Origin: Marsupella aquatica | Taxonomy: Eukaryota; Plantae; Marchantiophyta | Assembly: GCA_973895155.1 (NCBI GenBank) | Contig: OZ316895.1 | Coordinates: 10,280,184 to 10,344,183 of the forward strand | Direction of reading: 5' to 3' | DNA: 64,000 nt | Notes under the pieces: generated by a model | The model's input: only the letters and a program-made list of their open reading frames with translations | Database searches by the model: none | Told to the model about the DNA's origin: nothing | In this document: positions 25,196 through 38,470 of the stretch, in pieces | How the letters are laid out: every line of letters starts with the position of its first letter | Numbering within the stretch: the first letter of the stretch is position 1 | Position numbers and translations under genes: made by a program

Positions 25196-26891
25196 ATACC
25201 AAAATTCCTCGTCTTTGGTTGCTTCACCTTGGTTTCACTCACACACACGAACTTCAAATAATTAACTAGATTATTCACTCTAGCACTAAATTGATCATTT
25301 GCTAACAAGGAGGACGGTGGACAACAGTGCACAATGGTCGTCAAAAAATATGCCTGTTGTCAAATTTATTAGACACATGAATAAGTTCAAATGTTGACAA
25401 TTAACGGTGATGATGTGCAATTTAAACCAACTGTACTTTAAACTAGTCATTTGTCCTTTTGGAGTTTTATGATGTTGTTTCTGTGTCGGTGGGGTATGTC
25501 ATCCTGATTTGTATCAAAAGAATTTTTTAGTCATACTTTTGTCATCTCAGAGTAAAAAGTTTGGGCTGAGACAGTTTATGCTGAGACTTTTTACAATGCT
25601 CCCTAGGTTTAAATCGGTGGTGAGACAATGGTAGTGCTTGAGCCAAGCGTGGAAAATGAAGCATTAAATCAGGGAACCATAATTCTCAGAAATTCGAATT
25701 GGTGACCATGGAATTCAAACATATCTATATTAATTATAGATTTTGATAATATTTTTATAAGGTGACATAGAGAAGCTGAAGCTTGGATGAACCTCCATGT
25801 TTGCCAAAATGCTTGAATGTACCATTGCAACCCAGGATTGATCAAGGCAAGACCTTCTTCATGCCCAAAAGATTCATATTTTATTGGAGAGTGAAATGTG
25901 ATAGAAAACAAGACTCATCTCTAGTAATTTGTAGCTCTCTCGATTCTCATTGAAAGTTGACAATATTAAACATCTATGTGGACTTCTAACAAAGCCAAGA
26001 ACCGTCTGTTTGCTGCATGTTAAAGGAGAAATTGAATGCCTAACTTTGTAGATCAATCACTTTAAAAGTCAGAAGAGTGCATGGTGTAAGAGGGTGATCT
26101 TTGAAAATTCAGAGCTCTCTCAATTCTTAACGGGAGAGTAGATTTCTCCTGAACTTTCTCAATTTCTTAATGGGAAAGGATGCAAAGGAAGTCTTTTCTC
26201 CTGAACTTTAAAGGTAGTCGGGAAAGATTGGCACGTGAATGAAAAGTTAACCAACCACTCTGTAAGTCATCCACTACTAACAGTGGCATCTCTACCTGAT
26301 GGAGGTCAAAAATTGGCATGTCACTCCGGATTAAATTTCATCCTATTGCAGATGTCATAGAGCAGAGCAATCAGTCATTCTATTGGGAATCTCCGACAGA
26401 TCTATGTTGAGACTACCTCTCCAGCTCCAACTGCTCGAAACCAATACTGAGGCTGAAAATGGACTGGTATAAAACCGGAGTAGATGTTCTGGTAATGGCT
26501 GTTACTCGTTCTCTTTGACCAGAATTTCTCCGAAGATAAGTATCTAAAAAACGTGAAGGATGTAACTTAACTTCTTTCGAAGAAGGCCCTTTTGAGAGTG
26601 GGTCTCTCAAGCTAAAGTAGGCTTTTAACACGATGTGCGTTTTCGCTTGTTGTCAGTTTGTTCTTGACAATCTTGACAGTCAGAATGGGACCACGGTTAG
26701 ATCATCTTGACAGTCAGAATGGGACCACAGCTAGATCATTTTGAACGAAATTTGAGTATGCAAGTGACTAATAACCCACAAGAAGGTCCCAAAGGCTACT
26801 TCTGTTCCACAAAACAACCAATCATTTGGAAGACTCGTCCAGGCCACACATCCGAATGTGAAACACAGACAAAGCGAATCAACAAGAGGGT

Positions 26892-29800
26892 TTACTCAGT
26901 CTGAGTACAGACTATTGTCGAAAAGCGACATGACTGCTATCAACCCAGTTCAGAACAATTTGTACTGCGAATGAAGACAAACTTGGTCGAAAATGAGGGC
27001 AGATCACAAAGCACCTGCTGTTGGAGTTGATGGAACTGCAAGGATAGGCCTAGAAGAGCATTCCTTTAACCCATCCGGCCCTTGCCTTTCACAATTGTCC
27101 GAACTCATTAGCAGTTGGACGTCAAGCTCAAAAGTGGAGAATGGTACCCTGCCATCAACAAATGTACTTCGTTTACGTGACATATAGTACTTGTGTCGCT
27201 GTAAAACTTGTCCAGGTCGATTGCTTAATTAAAAGAATCACTCCCAAGCACGGGACCAAATTGCGGCAGTGAAGTCGTCGTAGTCTATACATGTGATTAC
27301 CTTCCATCCGACCCCAGAGTACGCTTGCGCCGATTCTCGCAAATGACCTTTGAATCCACATCGCAGACGTTCTGCTGCGTTGATTTCCTATAGAGACTCT
27401 GCTCCTGCCCAGTTTCCTGCCCAGTTTCAAAGTTATAATTATAGATCGATGATTACAGATTTCAATGAGGGATATGAATCTAACACGTAAGGGTTGAATA
27501 ATTCACCTGTTCGCATTCATGTCTTTTGGGAGATGACAGTGAGGCAGTCGGAGCGTCCTGAATAGGGGGGCCCGTTTCATCGCACGGTCCTCGTTTGTTT
27601 AACATGCTTTCTTGCTCCAAAGAAGAGCGAACAAGGGCCGGGACTGAATTATCACCATCTCCTTGTGAATGCGTTCTGTTCTCAGCTTGATGATGCTGGC
27701 CACGACGCAACAATTTGAGTGAGAGGTTGTTTGATTCAACTACGACGATGAACACTAGGAGATTCTCCTCCGTCCAAATTATGTAGCAAATGCATCTAGA
27801 TATATCCATACGTTGCCATGTGACAGGAGCTGTACTCCATGGGATCTTACCTGTAATTTCTTTGTTGTGACTTCCATAGCGGTAAGCTCATTTCTAGCTT
27901 TATCAAGCATGTCCTCTTGCTGTCGTAAAATCACCTGAGACCTCTCCACAACAATCTCTAAAGCCTGTACCTGAGATTCCACCCTCTGCAGTCATCACGA
28001 GATGAGTTAGAAAATGTATCATTACAAAGAGAATGATTGTAACCAAATAACCTGACAAAACTCGTCGGGGTTGGAAAGTGAAGTCAATCAAATTCTTGAG
28101 AGTGAAGGGTAGGTCTGAATGAAATCTTTGAGCTGTCTGGTTATCAATAATCACCAATTAAGCAAAAGTAAGGAGTCACTCTTATCACCACTGTTTAAAA
28201 ACATGCCTTGATGTTCCCCTTCAATTTTAGAATGGTGTTGTTTTTGGTCTCAATCGTCTGCTGAAAGTTAGCTAGTCAAGGTTCACGAAAAAAGATCCAC
28301 TGCTTCGTCTTGCTCATTTATTAGTAATGAACAATCAAGACATGTATAGGGTTATCTAATTGAAACAAATGAAATGGAACGAGCTACAAATTTTTTCAGC
28401 ATTAGTAAATGGAAATTTTCTGATGTTGAGGAGAACTTCAACTGACAACTTTAACCAAAATCTTAGGCTTGACAATGAATATTATAATTGGATATGAATT
28501 GCAACATTTCTTGATGATGGTTGTCAGTTTGGAGTAGCTCCATCTTTTCGTTTAATTTTAAGATGAGTCTGTCCTTCGTGGACAGAGATTCGAGGCCTTT
28601 TCTCAGTTCTTGTTCCACGGACTTAAGTTTTTCTGCACAGTAACGAAATATGGTGGTTCAGTAGTTTCTAATTACACTGTCAGCCTTAGATTGACAATGC
28701 ATGAAGATACTAGAGGCAACTGCAGACGATCAATTTGACATTAAGCAGATCAAAGACTTTTGCCCTAACTCAAGTATTTGATTTGATATCTTCTAATACT
28801 TAAGGCCCGATAGCAGCTAATAGGGTCGCCTGGATTTCATGGTTACTGCAAATCGTTTTGGAGAAGCGTTAGAGATTAATAGATAACAACCAATGTAATA
28901 CCGACTGGATATCGATAAAACTTACCGACCGCTCTTTTGTCAATTCCCGAGACAGATTCCAGTTTCGATTCTAACCGCACCACTGCCGTTCCCAGCACAC
29001 ACAGGAATTAAGCTTTTCACTAGGTAAGACTAAACGCCAATTTAAGTGCAACAGAGAATGAAATGCAGAATTTCCCTCTTTCATAGCGTACGATTAAACC
29101 CCCTGTACGTTGACGAGTATGTCATTCTCAAGAAGAAAGTATCCGGAAGGATGGTAGAACTCACAGTTCTCCTCCTTTGCTTGAAGCACTAGACGAGTCT
29201 CATCAACGGTACCCCTAACAGAGTTCGCCTCCTTTTCGATCGCTTCTATTAGACTCATATGTCTCTTTAATTTATCCATTGCGGTTGCAAGCTCAGTTGT
29301 CCTTTCTTGTAGGTTCTGCTCCAGTTTGTAATTTTTGGCCTGCAAACAAAGATCAGCATAATCATGGAAAGGACAGGACAAGAAATCTCAAATGGCTGTT
29401 TCATTCGCCTGCGATATTGGTGGCTGGTATCAAGCAGATGAATGGGAGCAGTTTCTTGTGAATGTTTGAAACATTATATTTCTTACCGAATCATATGCAA
29501 CCTGGAATCTAGGTCCCGAGTAACAAGTTAAGCGGCTGAGGAAACTGTAACTAATGTCTCACGCAATACAGTTGGTGTCACTTACTTTCAAGTGTTCATT
29601 GACCATGTTTCTAGATTGAAGCAGAATCTTTAGTTCAGTCTTCAAGTTCTGTTCTCTGACTGACGAAGCGCAGGCTTCGTTACGTATCCCTCTAATCTGA
29701 AAAGACACAGAAGACATTAGGATGAGTCATTCTGGTAAGTTTATTTGTTCACTTGTACGGTTCGCCTGGTACACAGCAGGAAAACAGTGGACCGGTATCC

Positions 29801-31208
29801 CATGGTTTGGTGAGACGACAGCCGAATATTTAGCTCGATATCCTGCAAAAGGATTTTCTAGCTGGCCACTTAACAGTTTCTTCCAGCTTCTGACGAGTAG
29901 CGTTGGCAGCCGCAAGCTGAGCGTGAAATTCCGCTCTTTCCCTCTCTTGCTCACCCACAGAAAGCTTCTGCTTCTGTCTCAGAAGAATAAGAGGATAAGT
30001 AAGGTGTTTAGGCACTGATAGTGCCCCCGTATCGGTTTGAGATCAATCATGTTACATTCTCTCTGGGCCTGTCACAATAACCAACGTCTGTCGTGGGATT
30101 TTACAAAATATCGTCAATCAAGGAGTGGACGAGATCTGGAAAACTTTGTGAAACTCTAGTTTGAAAAGGGAGACCTTGTCATAACAAATGGCACACATTC
30201 ACGGATATAACATTTAGTTTGTAAATTGACCAGAGGCTGTAGTTAAGAGTCACCGACCTCAATAAGCCGTTGCAATTCATTACTCACTGACTGCTCCTTT
30301 TCCTGATAAAACCCCAGCGAAGATGACTTAGAAAGGATTTCGAGCTTCTAAGCAGTGATGAAAGATTCATTTTTGTATTGAACGGAAATGAGGAAGAACA
30401 CTTAGTCGACTCTCCCCACCCCAACAGTGATGAAAGATTCTGACAGTGCTTTGGCGGGCAATTCTGTCAGAAAATTCCCTAGCCTTAGAATCGACAGAGT
30501 AGAGTTTTGCTCTACGTCACAAGATCAGCTCCCGGATCAGCTATCGCATACATCGTCATGTTTGTCCTTTTCTTATCCTCAACGGAACTGTTTGCTGGAC
30601 ACATGATCTACTGGGAAGAAGTTTTCCCTGAAAGTATTTTATAGTTCCGCACTTGCTCTAAGCGAACGAAACATTTAGAGCCGTTCCAGCTACAAATCAT
30701 CTGGGAAGCGGTCCCCAATTTTCAAAGGATTTTAACGATAACGAGTGGTGTGATAAGAAAATTGTGATTTGACTACCTTCATAATTTGGACTTCTGAGTG
30801 CAGATTTTGCAGTCTAAATCTGATCTTCGAGAAGGAAACAGTCGATGAATGATCCCCCTCAACACCGGTGTTCTGAAAACAAACACCGAAACAGTTTGTT
30901 AATGAACAGCTATCAGCTTGGAGATCGACATTCAGAATCATGTGCTCGTGATTCAAAAAACAAAATCACAATCTTGCAATCAAACCGTCCAAATAAATCG
31001 TGGAAGCTGACAAATATGCGCAGTCGTCAATGGCCACATCTTCAAGGTTTCTGAAAGTACAGATCGCCTTCTGCTCGTAAGCAAATTACTGTAGACGTTG
31101 AAGGACACTCGGAGACGACTTGGCGGGGTACATTAATCTTGAATAAACAATTCAGTATCTCCAAACCTTGTTGTCCGATGGCATGGCACTTTGCGCAGAA
31201 GCATCCAT
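26892..31208 (-). CDS. SCEP1: Coiled-coil protein, likely SCEP1-like synaptonemal complex central element protein (~475 aa). Exons 31208-31167, 30872-30777, 30302-30258, 29973-29875, 29696-29586, 29501-29487, 29339-29165, 28982-28926, 28632-28496, 28266-28207, 27985-27851, 27695-27507, 27416-27301, 27148-27015, last exon ending about 26892-26896
   Basis: Exons join in one open frame. The core LKTELKILLQSRN...DKLKRHMSLIEAIEKEANSVRGTVDETRLVLQAKEENLVRLESKLESVSGIDKRAVEKLKSVEQEL...KDRLILKL resembles my recollection of the angiosperm family with HLxLFDSIEKEA...KE.VV.GLK.KMD.VS, which I recall as At1g33500/SCEP1. The gene is solid; the symbol is from memory. First and last exons are least certain. 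Confidence 0.7.
28267..28495 (-). other. U12-type AT-AC intron (229 nt)
   Basis: 5' end ATATCC, branch site CCTTGAC at 28281-28275, 3' end AC. Removing it joins ...EMLQF to FQQTIETKNNTILKLKGNIK in frame. Confidence 0.8.
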
Positions 31209-34200
31209 TAGCGGCACTAGCTTCACAGCGACTGCAGTCACATACACAATTGTAGCAGCTGCAGTATCACAATTAGGGATGGTCATTGCATACTACCAGA
31301 CAAATATTGTGGTGGAAACAGCGCGTCATATTTGCTCGGGGGCCCAAAAACTTCTAAAAATTGCAACGTCCAGATGAAGTGTTTGTGTCCGAAGTTACAA
31401 CAGTTGAATATGTAGAAAGCAAGCCGGAGTTCACAATTAAGTTCGCAGCCAGAGCAACTTCGATGCGCTGGGCCGGGTCGACTTCTCTCAAACCTGTCCC
31501 GAATGCAAATTACGTTTTGAGCTACTTTCATGCCCTCTCATCCCAGAGACGTGCACATTCTGTCGTTTCTCCACTTTCTCTCTCCGACGGATGCCGCTAG
31601 AACTCGATCACCATGTACTGAGCAATGACAATTCGAGGAATGTACAGGCCCTCTTGCGGACTGAGATAGCACTATCACATCTAGTCACTTGCCAATTGGC
31701 ATGTAGCACTGAAGCCAAGCTAGAGCAGGTGACATTTGATCCCCGTAGCGCCATTAAGGGGATTTCAAATGTTAAGTTTTAGGCGCTACTTCAGGCACTC
31801 GAAATCTTTCGCTTCGAGTGAGCACTTCAGTTCGGCATTCCTTTGGTGTTTCTCTTGGATGATCGTTCAGTCAATTAAGCATTATGTCTCATGAGCAATT
31901 CCCCTTCAGCAGTGTGCGTAGTGCTACAGCAGTTGACACAATCGAACTCCTGTAGCGACTTTGAAGTGAACATGAAAGATGCTTTGAAGAAACCTTCACC
32001 AATCCATACGCCAGAACGTCAACCCTCAGTGGAAATCATGTTTTGTGAGAGAATGACAACTTTGCCAATTGGTCAGACCGTATTGGAGGAACGGAGGGAT
32101 GAGAATAAGATTTGCAACAAGGAACACTGACACTTGCAACGAGGAAAAGTGACACTCGTATTCGGGTTCGTTTACAGCGAAAATTTGCGGAACTGTGTAA
32201 TCAAGTTGAAATCCTGATAGGACTTGCAAGCGGTAGAGACAGGGAGCATGAAGAGAGACCGCCCACTTCAGAAAAGGAGAAGCGTGTTGTCATTTAACAT
32301 TTAGAATTCTCAGCCAGAGCGAGCACGTCCGTCAGAACTCTTCGGAAACCCAGCTTTTCACATAATCATGGGGAGAGACGGGATTCGAAATCATTATGGT
32401 GCAGGGAGAAGAGTGCAAGTCCCATTCGGCACTATTGCGAAAATGCCTCTGATGACACTGATTGAATTCTCTCCCTCTGTCATCAGTAGTCTGCCCGAAG
32501 CTTCTCTCCTCTGTACAAGACCTGGAGACGGTATGCAAGTTGTCGACTGACAATGCCACAAAGGTACCTGGTATCCTGCGCGGGTACGGAATTGAGCCGG
32601 CTCCTGGACAGGCACATATCTCATCATGCATGCAAGGAGAGAATCTGGCTCGCATTACGCAGAGGATGAGCCGAACCAAACTACACTTTCCCATTCGTCG
32701 TCCTTTCACTTCATTATTTTGAGATTTTTTACAAAGCACTTCTTATCACGTCAGATCCTACTTGCATGAGTCAGCACTCACCAATCGAAAAGTTCGAGCA
32801 TGGACCAAAGTAGGCAGGTACAGTAAGCAGCCGCTGAAAGTACATGTGCCGTACTGAAAGTAATTTCAGGACATCGGTAAGTCGAGCCTCAGATGGTCGA
32901 TCTTTCTAAGGGTTCTACCTCGATAATTCCGCTCTCGTAAAACCATGGTAACTCTGTTCCTTAGTATGGAATGATGATGCTTCTCGTTTCATATCATCAA
33001 AATCTGCAAGTAAATAAGAGCGCGCAAAGGCGCCTGAGTGACAGTTTCGATTTGGTCTTGGACCACTGTCACGGCCAAATTCTTCTTTTGATTAAACCCA
33101 AGTTAGGGACCAGTTCCCCCTTCCGAGACCGAATCTAAGCGTTCGATCTCTATTATTGTCTCATCAGAGAAAACATCGTCTGAGCAATTTGAAGTGGGAC
33201 CACATACGCAAGCCTTCTGTCCGATCGATGTATCGGATCGCCGGATTGCCGGTCTTGAAATGTGCAGACCAGGTTGAAGCACAAATCTCGACTTCCTTTC
33301 GCTCTGCGGGTACCTAGCTGAGGGGGTACTTGCTGATTGTAAGGATGTAACTGATTCTCGAGGACAGAGAACAAATAGCATGCAATGGGATCTACTCTCG
33401 CTGATTTCTGTCGGTGGCCCGTTAGTTTTCCACGGACGTAGCACGACAGTACCTCTTGAAATGTTGCCAGAATCTCCTGACTGGTCTGGCTCGAGTTGGT
33501 GAATGAACATAGTAGCGTCGGGAATTTGATGGCATTCGATGTGCAAATCGGAACAGTGGTTCAGCTCGCTTGCATTTTGCTCTAAAAATTTTCCAGTGGC
33601 GTCCTACATTTTCCAATGAAATCTTGAGGACAGCGACCATACGATATGGAAAGAAAGTTTGCGTTGTTTACGAGATCCGCCTCGAATTCCCGCCTGACCC
33701 ACTGTGGATACCTCCGCAGGTAGTGAAGGAGGAGTACTTTACGGGGTAGCGACAAGACGGCTTATCTCGTTGGGGGCACTATCGTAGGGGTCAAATTTTT
33801 AAATTTTGGTGGTGGTGGTAGTTTCTTCTCCGGCGATTGGGTTTTCTTTTTCACATACGGAATCCTGAAGCGGAGGGTAGAGAACAGTCATCGTCTACAG
33901 GACCTATACGTTACCCGAAGAATGATCACTTGGCTCTCCAAATAAAGGTAACTATAGTTTTTGCACAGGAACCCACAGTTGCATGCGTGATGCTGTGGGG
34001 ACCTTCTCGTTCCCTAGCGCTTGCTCTGGCTCTCGAATCGCTCCCCCCTTTTGTTCTTCCAGATGATGAGGCTTGGACGGGCGCGCACTATCATCCAAGC
34101 ATGAACTAGTAGTTGGACCATTCCCTGGACCAGAGCAGTGAGTCAATTGATTCGCGAATGGAAAGCATGCAGAAACAAGACAGCCGGCAGAGGCAAATGT

Positions 34201-34698
34201 GGGGTCGCTGGCATCATTCTGTCGTCCCAAGAGTTCGGTCAACTTACTGCACCTTGTTCCGAAATCTAAAGGGGCTCCACCACGGCAGAGACTTCCAAAA
34301 TGTGAAAAGAAAATGGATGATTGATGAGCTATTACTCATTTAGTCACTTTGCAGCAGGTTTGAGCAAATCATGATGCATCGATGACTGGACTCCCTTTTT
34401 CACATGAGCAATTGAGCTGATTCACAGTCCAGGGCATCCGCAGGAGCAATCACCCTGAAATGCCATCACCACACAGAAGAGAAAACCTGACATACGTTCT
34501 AGAACAAAGCCGGGCCCAAGCTGGTGGGAATTGCAAAACCCTAGCTGTAAGCACTATAATTCAAGGAACTAATTGAATGTAGCTCTCCGATGCTTTGGGA
34601 AGACACTACTATCACAGTTCTAATTCTTTGGGCACATACTGCCATCAAAGACGATCGACTGACAGAACTCGTACACAGTTTTGGGGAAGTCCTTATTA

Positions 34699-35153
34699 GG
34701 GCTGGCGTCTCAAAAGGTGGGTTAGTCAAATTTATGAATTTGTGGGATATGCCATAACTCTGCATATGGGACCCAGGTATAGAAAAATGGTGGAGATAGC
34801 ATTGACCTGCCCCATAAGGTATAAGGTAGGAGTTAAGGTCTCACCTATCTCATAGCATATATTCATTTTTTTTCTATTCTTGATCAACCGTCATCTCGAA
34901 TGCAGTAGCGATCACCACGTCAGGAGCAAATCCCACGTGCCTTCAACCACGGCTTTCTGGACTTCCGGAGTCCCGGATTTCTGGATTTTCAGATTTGCGC
35001 CTAAAGTTGTGGGAAAGTTACGGGTTAAGTGTTCAGCCCATGGGCTTTCCTTACGGTAGTTGAAGATCAGCTCCCAAAATTTTTACGGGAGTTCCCATAA
35101 TACTTGAATTATGGTATAACCTTATCTTGTTAAGACCAAGCTTTGAGATGCCC
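34699..35153. mobile_element. MITE, copy 1 (TIR GGGCATCTCAAAGC family, PIF/Harbinger-like)
   Basis: Right TIR GCTTTGAGATGCCC and a degenerate left TIR. Internal blocks (CCATAACTCTG..TATGGGACCCA, GCCCCATAAGGTA, ATCACCACG.CAGG, CAGATTTG.GCCTAAA, TGAAGAT...CTCCCA) are collinear with 53918-54401. Confidence 0.8.
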
Positions 35154-38141
35154 GGTTGCCTCTATTGGCCGTTAATTCTGTAATAAGTTTCCTATGACGA
35201 CACTCGATGGAATTGTGTGGATTTACATAATTTGTTTCACTTTAAAGTAGATCCATTGAAAACTATCTAGATGTAGTGCAGATGACATTCTGTGTCATCA
35301 AATTAGTTTGGCAAGGCTCTGAAGGGAGCACTAGCGGGAGCTCAAACTCACCAGAAGTGGTTCCTTGAAGTACCATCTGGTGAGCCTGGATCCCGGTTTT
35401 TAAAATGACAAGAGAATTGGGTATGCAAAATGCATTGGTGAAGAGATTGCAGCAAACATTTTTTGGCCAGGTATCACCCATGACAAGTGTGGATGCTCTA
35501 AGCCTTTCTATCAAGCGCCACAGACTCCACTCATTTCACTCATTTGAAGTGTATCACTAGCCTGCTTGTAATCACACATCAAAATGTGATAATATATACA
35601 CTGTGCACTCATCGATTTAAAGAAAACAATGAGATTTATCATGGTAGGGAGTGATGTCATACACTGTATATTTCATATTTTGATGTGCAATCCGTTCATT
35701 TGTGGCTCGGAGCCTACCCAAACAAGTACGGACAGCAGTCTTGTGTGGAAGGACTCCCGTTACTAAGACCCCATCACTAGTAGGCCACAAGACAAACCAT
35801 GACTCTTCATAAGGGCCATTGTACAATCTTTCTTTTACTATAAGTGCTGACTCACTCCATCAGCCCTCCAAGAGACCTGTCCTTAATCTGGAAGAATCTT
35901 AGGAAAGATCTGAGCCATTTTTAATTTCAAGGTAGCCCTTAAAGATTTTAGTCAAGGCTTGGTGGGCAGGAGAGCCTTTGACTCTGCTTTTTGTGCTTTT
36001 AACCCTTTAATGGGCTTATTGGAATGATGCCCATGGTTCAAACTATTTGATCTTGTCTAACTTTGTGAAACATATTGACACCATCATGTCACAAGAGTTA
36101 TGGTCAGAATTGATTTTTCTGCAAGAGAGAAGAACATCTATTTAAAAGGAAAAAGCGCAAACAAAGTATATTAAAATCCCACAACATGATCCCTTGCATC
36201 ATGTGCCTTCATGTAATGCCTTTGGCGTGCCCTCAAAGCCTTCCTCCATGGTGAATAACGAGGGTTTTCCTAGACCCACAAGCCTCACCTTGGATAGGCC
36301 AGGTTTGGTTTTCGAATTTGGTTTCCCTCGGTCTACTGAAAGCAAAATACATATACACTTCGTCAGGTTTCAATTATTGCTCATAATTGCATTCTTTATT
36401 AAAGAAAGGAGAATCCACGTTATAAACGATTCACAACCAGTTACCTAAACTAGTTGGTAAAGTGAAGTGTGCATTTCCTTGAAAAAAGTGAAGTGTGCTT
36501 TTGATCACTTTTTATCAAAACTTGAAAGAACAAGAGTCCCAGATCCACACTAAAACAACTGTAAAACCTGGCCAAATCTGTGTAAGACCAAGAAAGAGGG
36601 GTAAAAGAGATGCTCACCAATCACAGAATAACACACAGCATTTTTACATTTTCAATCCTTTTTTCATATGCCTTTTTCAAAATGAATAAGAAAAACTGTG
36701 TACTTTTATCTAGTGATCCCCATTATATTACCGCCAAAAGCACTGATTAATCTTCCTGCATGGAAAGGCATCCCTGTAATCGCACATAAAAATGCTGCAG
36801 GTGAATAAGTGAAAGGAATAACACTCAATGATATACAATTTATCATGGATGTGCTTGCCATGTAGCACACTACACCATATACAGCTGATCTTTGATATGC
36901 AATTTTAGTTGGGCCATGAAAAGGTTCCCAAAGAGCCACACAGATGACCTTCTCTTTCCCTCCAGCTTTCATTTATTGTATCCATGTTCGGATGCCTGTG
37001 TTGGATGCTTCCGACTGTGAGCAAAGTAAGGGGAGAAGAGATGTAGCTTCATCATTCCATTGTAATTAGCCATACACTCGTCTTCCTGGGGTATTTTTTG
37101 TCTTGTTTTCTTTCCTTGTTAAGACTCCAATTGAGATCATGTCTTGAGGTTGGTGCCTTTTTGTTTTCTTGGCAATGTGCTATACAGGTACACTTGCTCT
37201 GAATTCAAGTTACCAACTATACATGGGGGCTTCTAAATGCATACTTATGACTTGGGACAAGATGTTCCGAGACGTTCTAGGTTAAGCTGGTTGTGCCTTC
37301 AGCATGATGTTTTTCATACCTGTATCGAAGTGGGTCACATGGAGATTCTTTGGGGTGAGGGCCTGACACCCCAGAGCAGAAGTAGGTTCCATGGTCCAGA
37401 GTGGACCCAGGTTTCGCCAGTAGAGAGATAGAGCAACCTCGAAGCTATGATTGTACGGTGGAAATTAAATAGAATAGAGTCACTGTAACGTAAGCAAGTA
37501 AGCAACACAGCACCGAATTTCAAAGTCTACAACTTCTCACATTGGTCGTAAAGGCGTAATTACTTTCCTGTGCAGACTTAAATGTAGAAACGGTACAATA
37601 AATTTTTGCCTGAGACGCTGAGGAGCCTCGAGTGCTTTACTGCTTTCCGGCAGAAACATTTATGTATAATTAGGTGTAAGTATATATCAGACTGGAGACA
37701 CCGAGACAGGATCACAAAGACATGAGACCCAATAATGAAGACGAAGAAAAGAAATGAAAAAACCACAAGAAACCAAAGAGCCAACCCCTACAGCAATCAT
37801 GAGCAGCATAGTTCTGGAAGCGAGGCAACCCCAAACGACTCACCGTTCGTGTGATGCTCAAAGTCAGTTTCCCATTGGAAGTGTTGGAATCATCTCAGGC
37901 TTCAGTAGAACATGAACCGATCTAGGTGCTACATTTTTTTCTATGGAATTGAAGGAAGAAACATCTATGTTTTATTCTGCTCTATCGTGGTGGGATCTCA
38001 ATTGATATCCCATTTTCTTCGGTGGAAAAAGGTCAAAAGTGTCCCCACTACTTTTAAAGCCACCCTAAAGTAACTGGCCCACTACACCAGTTATGGACAG
38101 TTATTGTGGTTAGGTATGTTACCAATATGTCCCAGTTTGAC

Positions 38142-38470
38142 CTTGCCCGTCAGACTGGGCGCTGCAGGCCGTCACAACGTCATTCTGTCATCCCGGTCTC
38201 CCGGGTTCGGGTCCGGGTCCGGGTGGCAGGGTCGGGCCGGGAGAGGGCTGGGTGTTAAAAGGGTCCAGCAAGGGTTCGGGGGAGTCCGGGTGGGGTCTGG
38301 GGGAGTTCGGGCCGGATTCGGTTGCGCCGGGATCGGGTGGGCGGGCTGGGGTTCGGGCTGGGTCGAGCCGGAGTCCAGGGGAATCAGACGGAATATGCGT
38401 CAAATTGCACATTTTTTTGGCCGTCATTTTATGGTTTACTTGCCTGGCAAGCCATCAACTTGCCCGTCAG
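38142..38470. repeat. GC-rich GGGTC/GGGCC short-repeat island bounded by the 12-bp direct repeat CTTGCCCGTCAG
   Basis: Many GGGTCCGG/GGGTTCGG/GGGCTGG motifs at 38200-38380; direct repeats at 38142-38153 and 38459-38470. Confidence 0.6.

Noticed and set aside
26671-26739. ~35-bp tandem duplication
   Set aside because: Simple local slippage in the probable 3' UTR.
27468-27475. Second ATATCCCT motif on the minus strand as another U12 donor
   Set aside because: Lies inside a well-supported GT-AG intron (27506-27417) whose removal already keeps frame.
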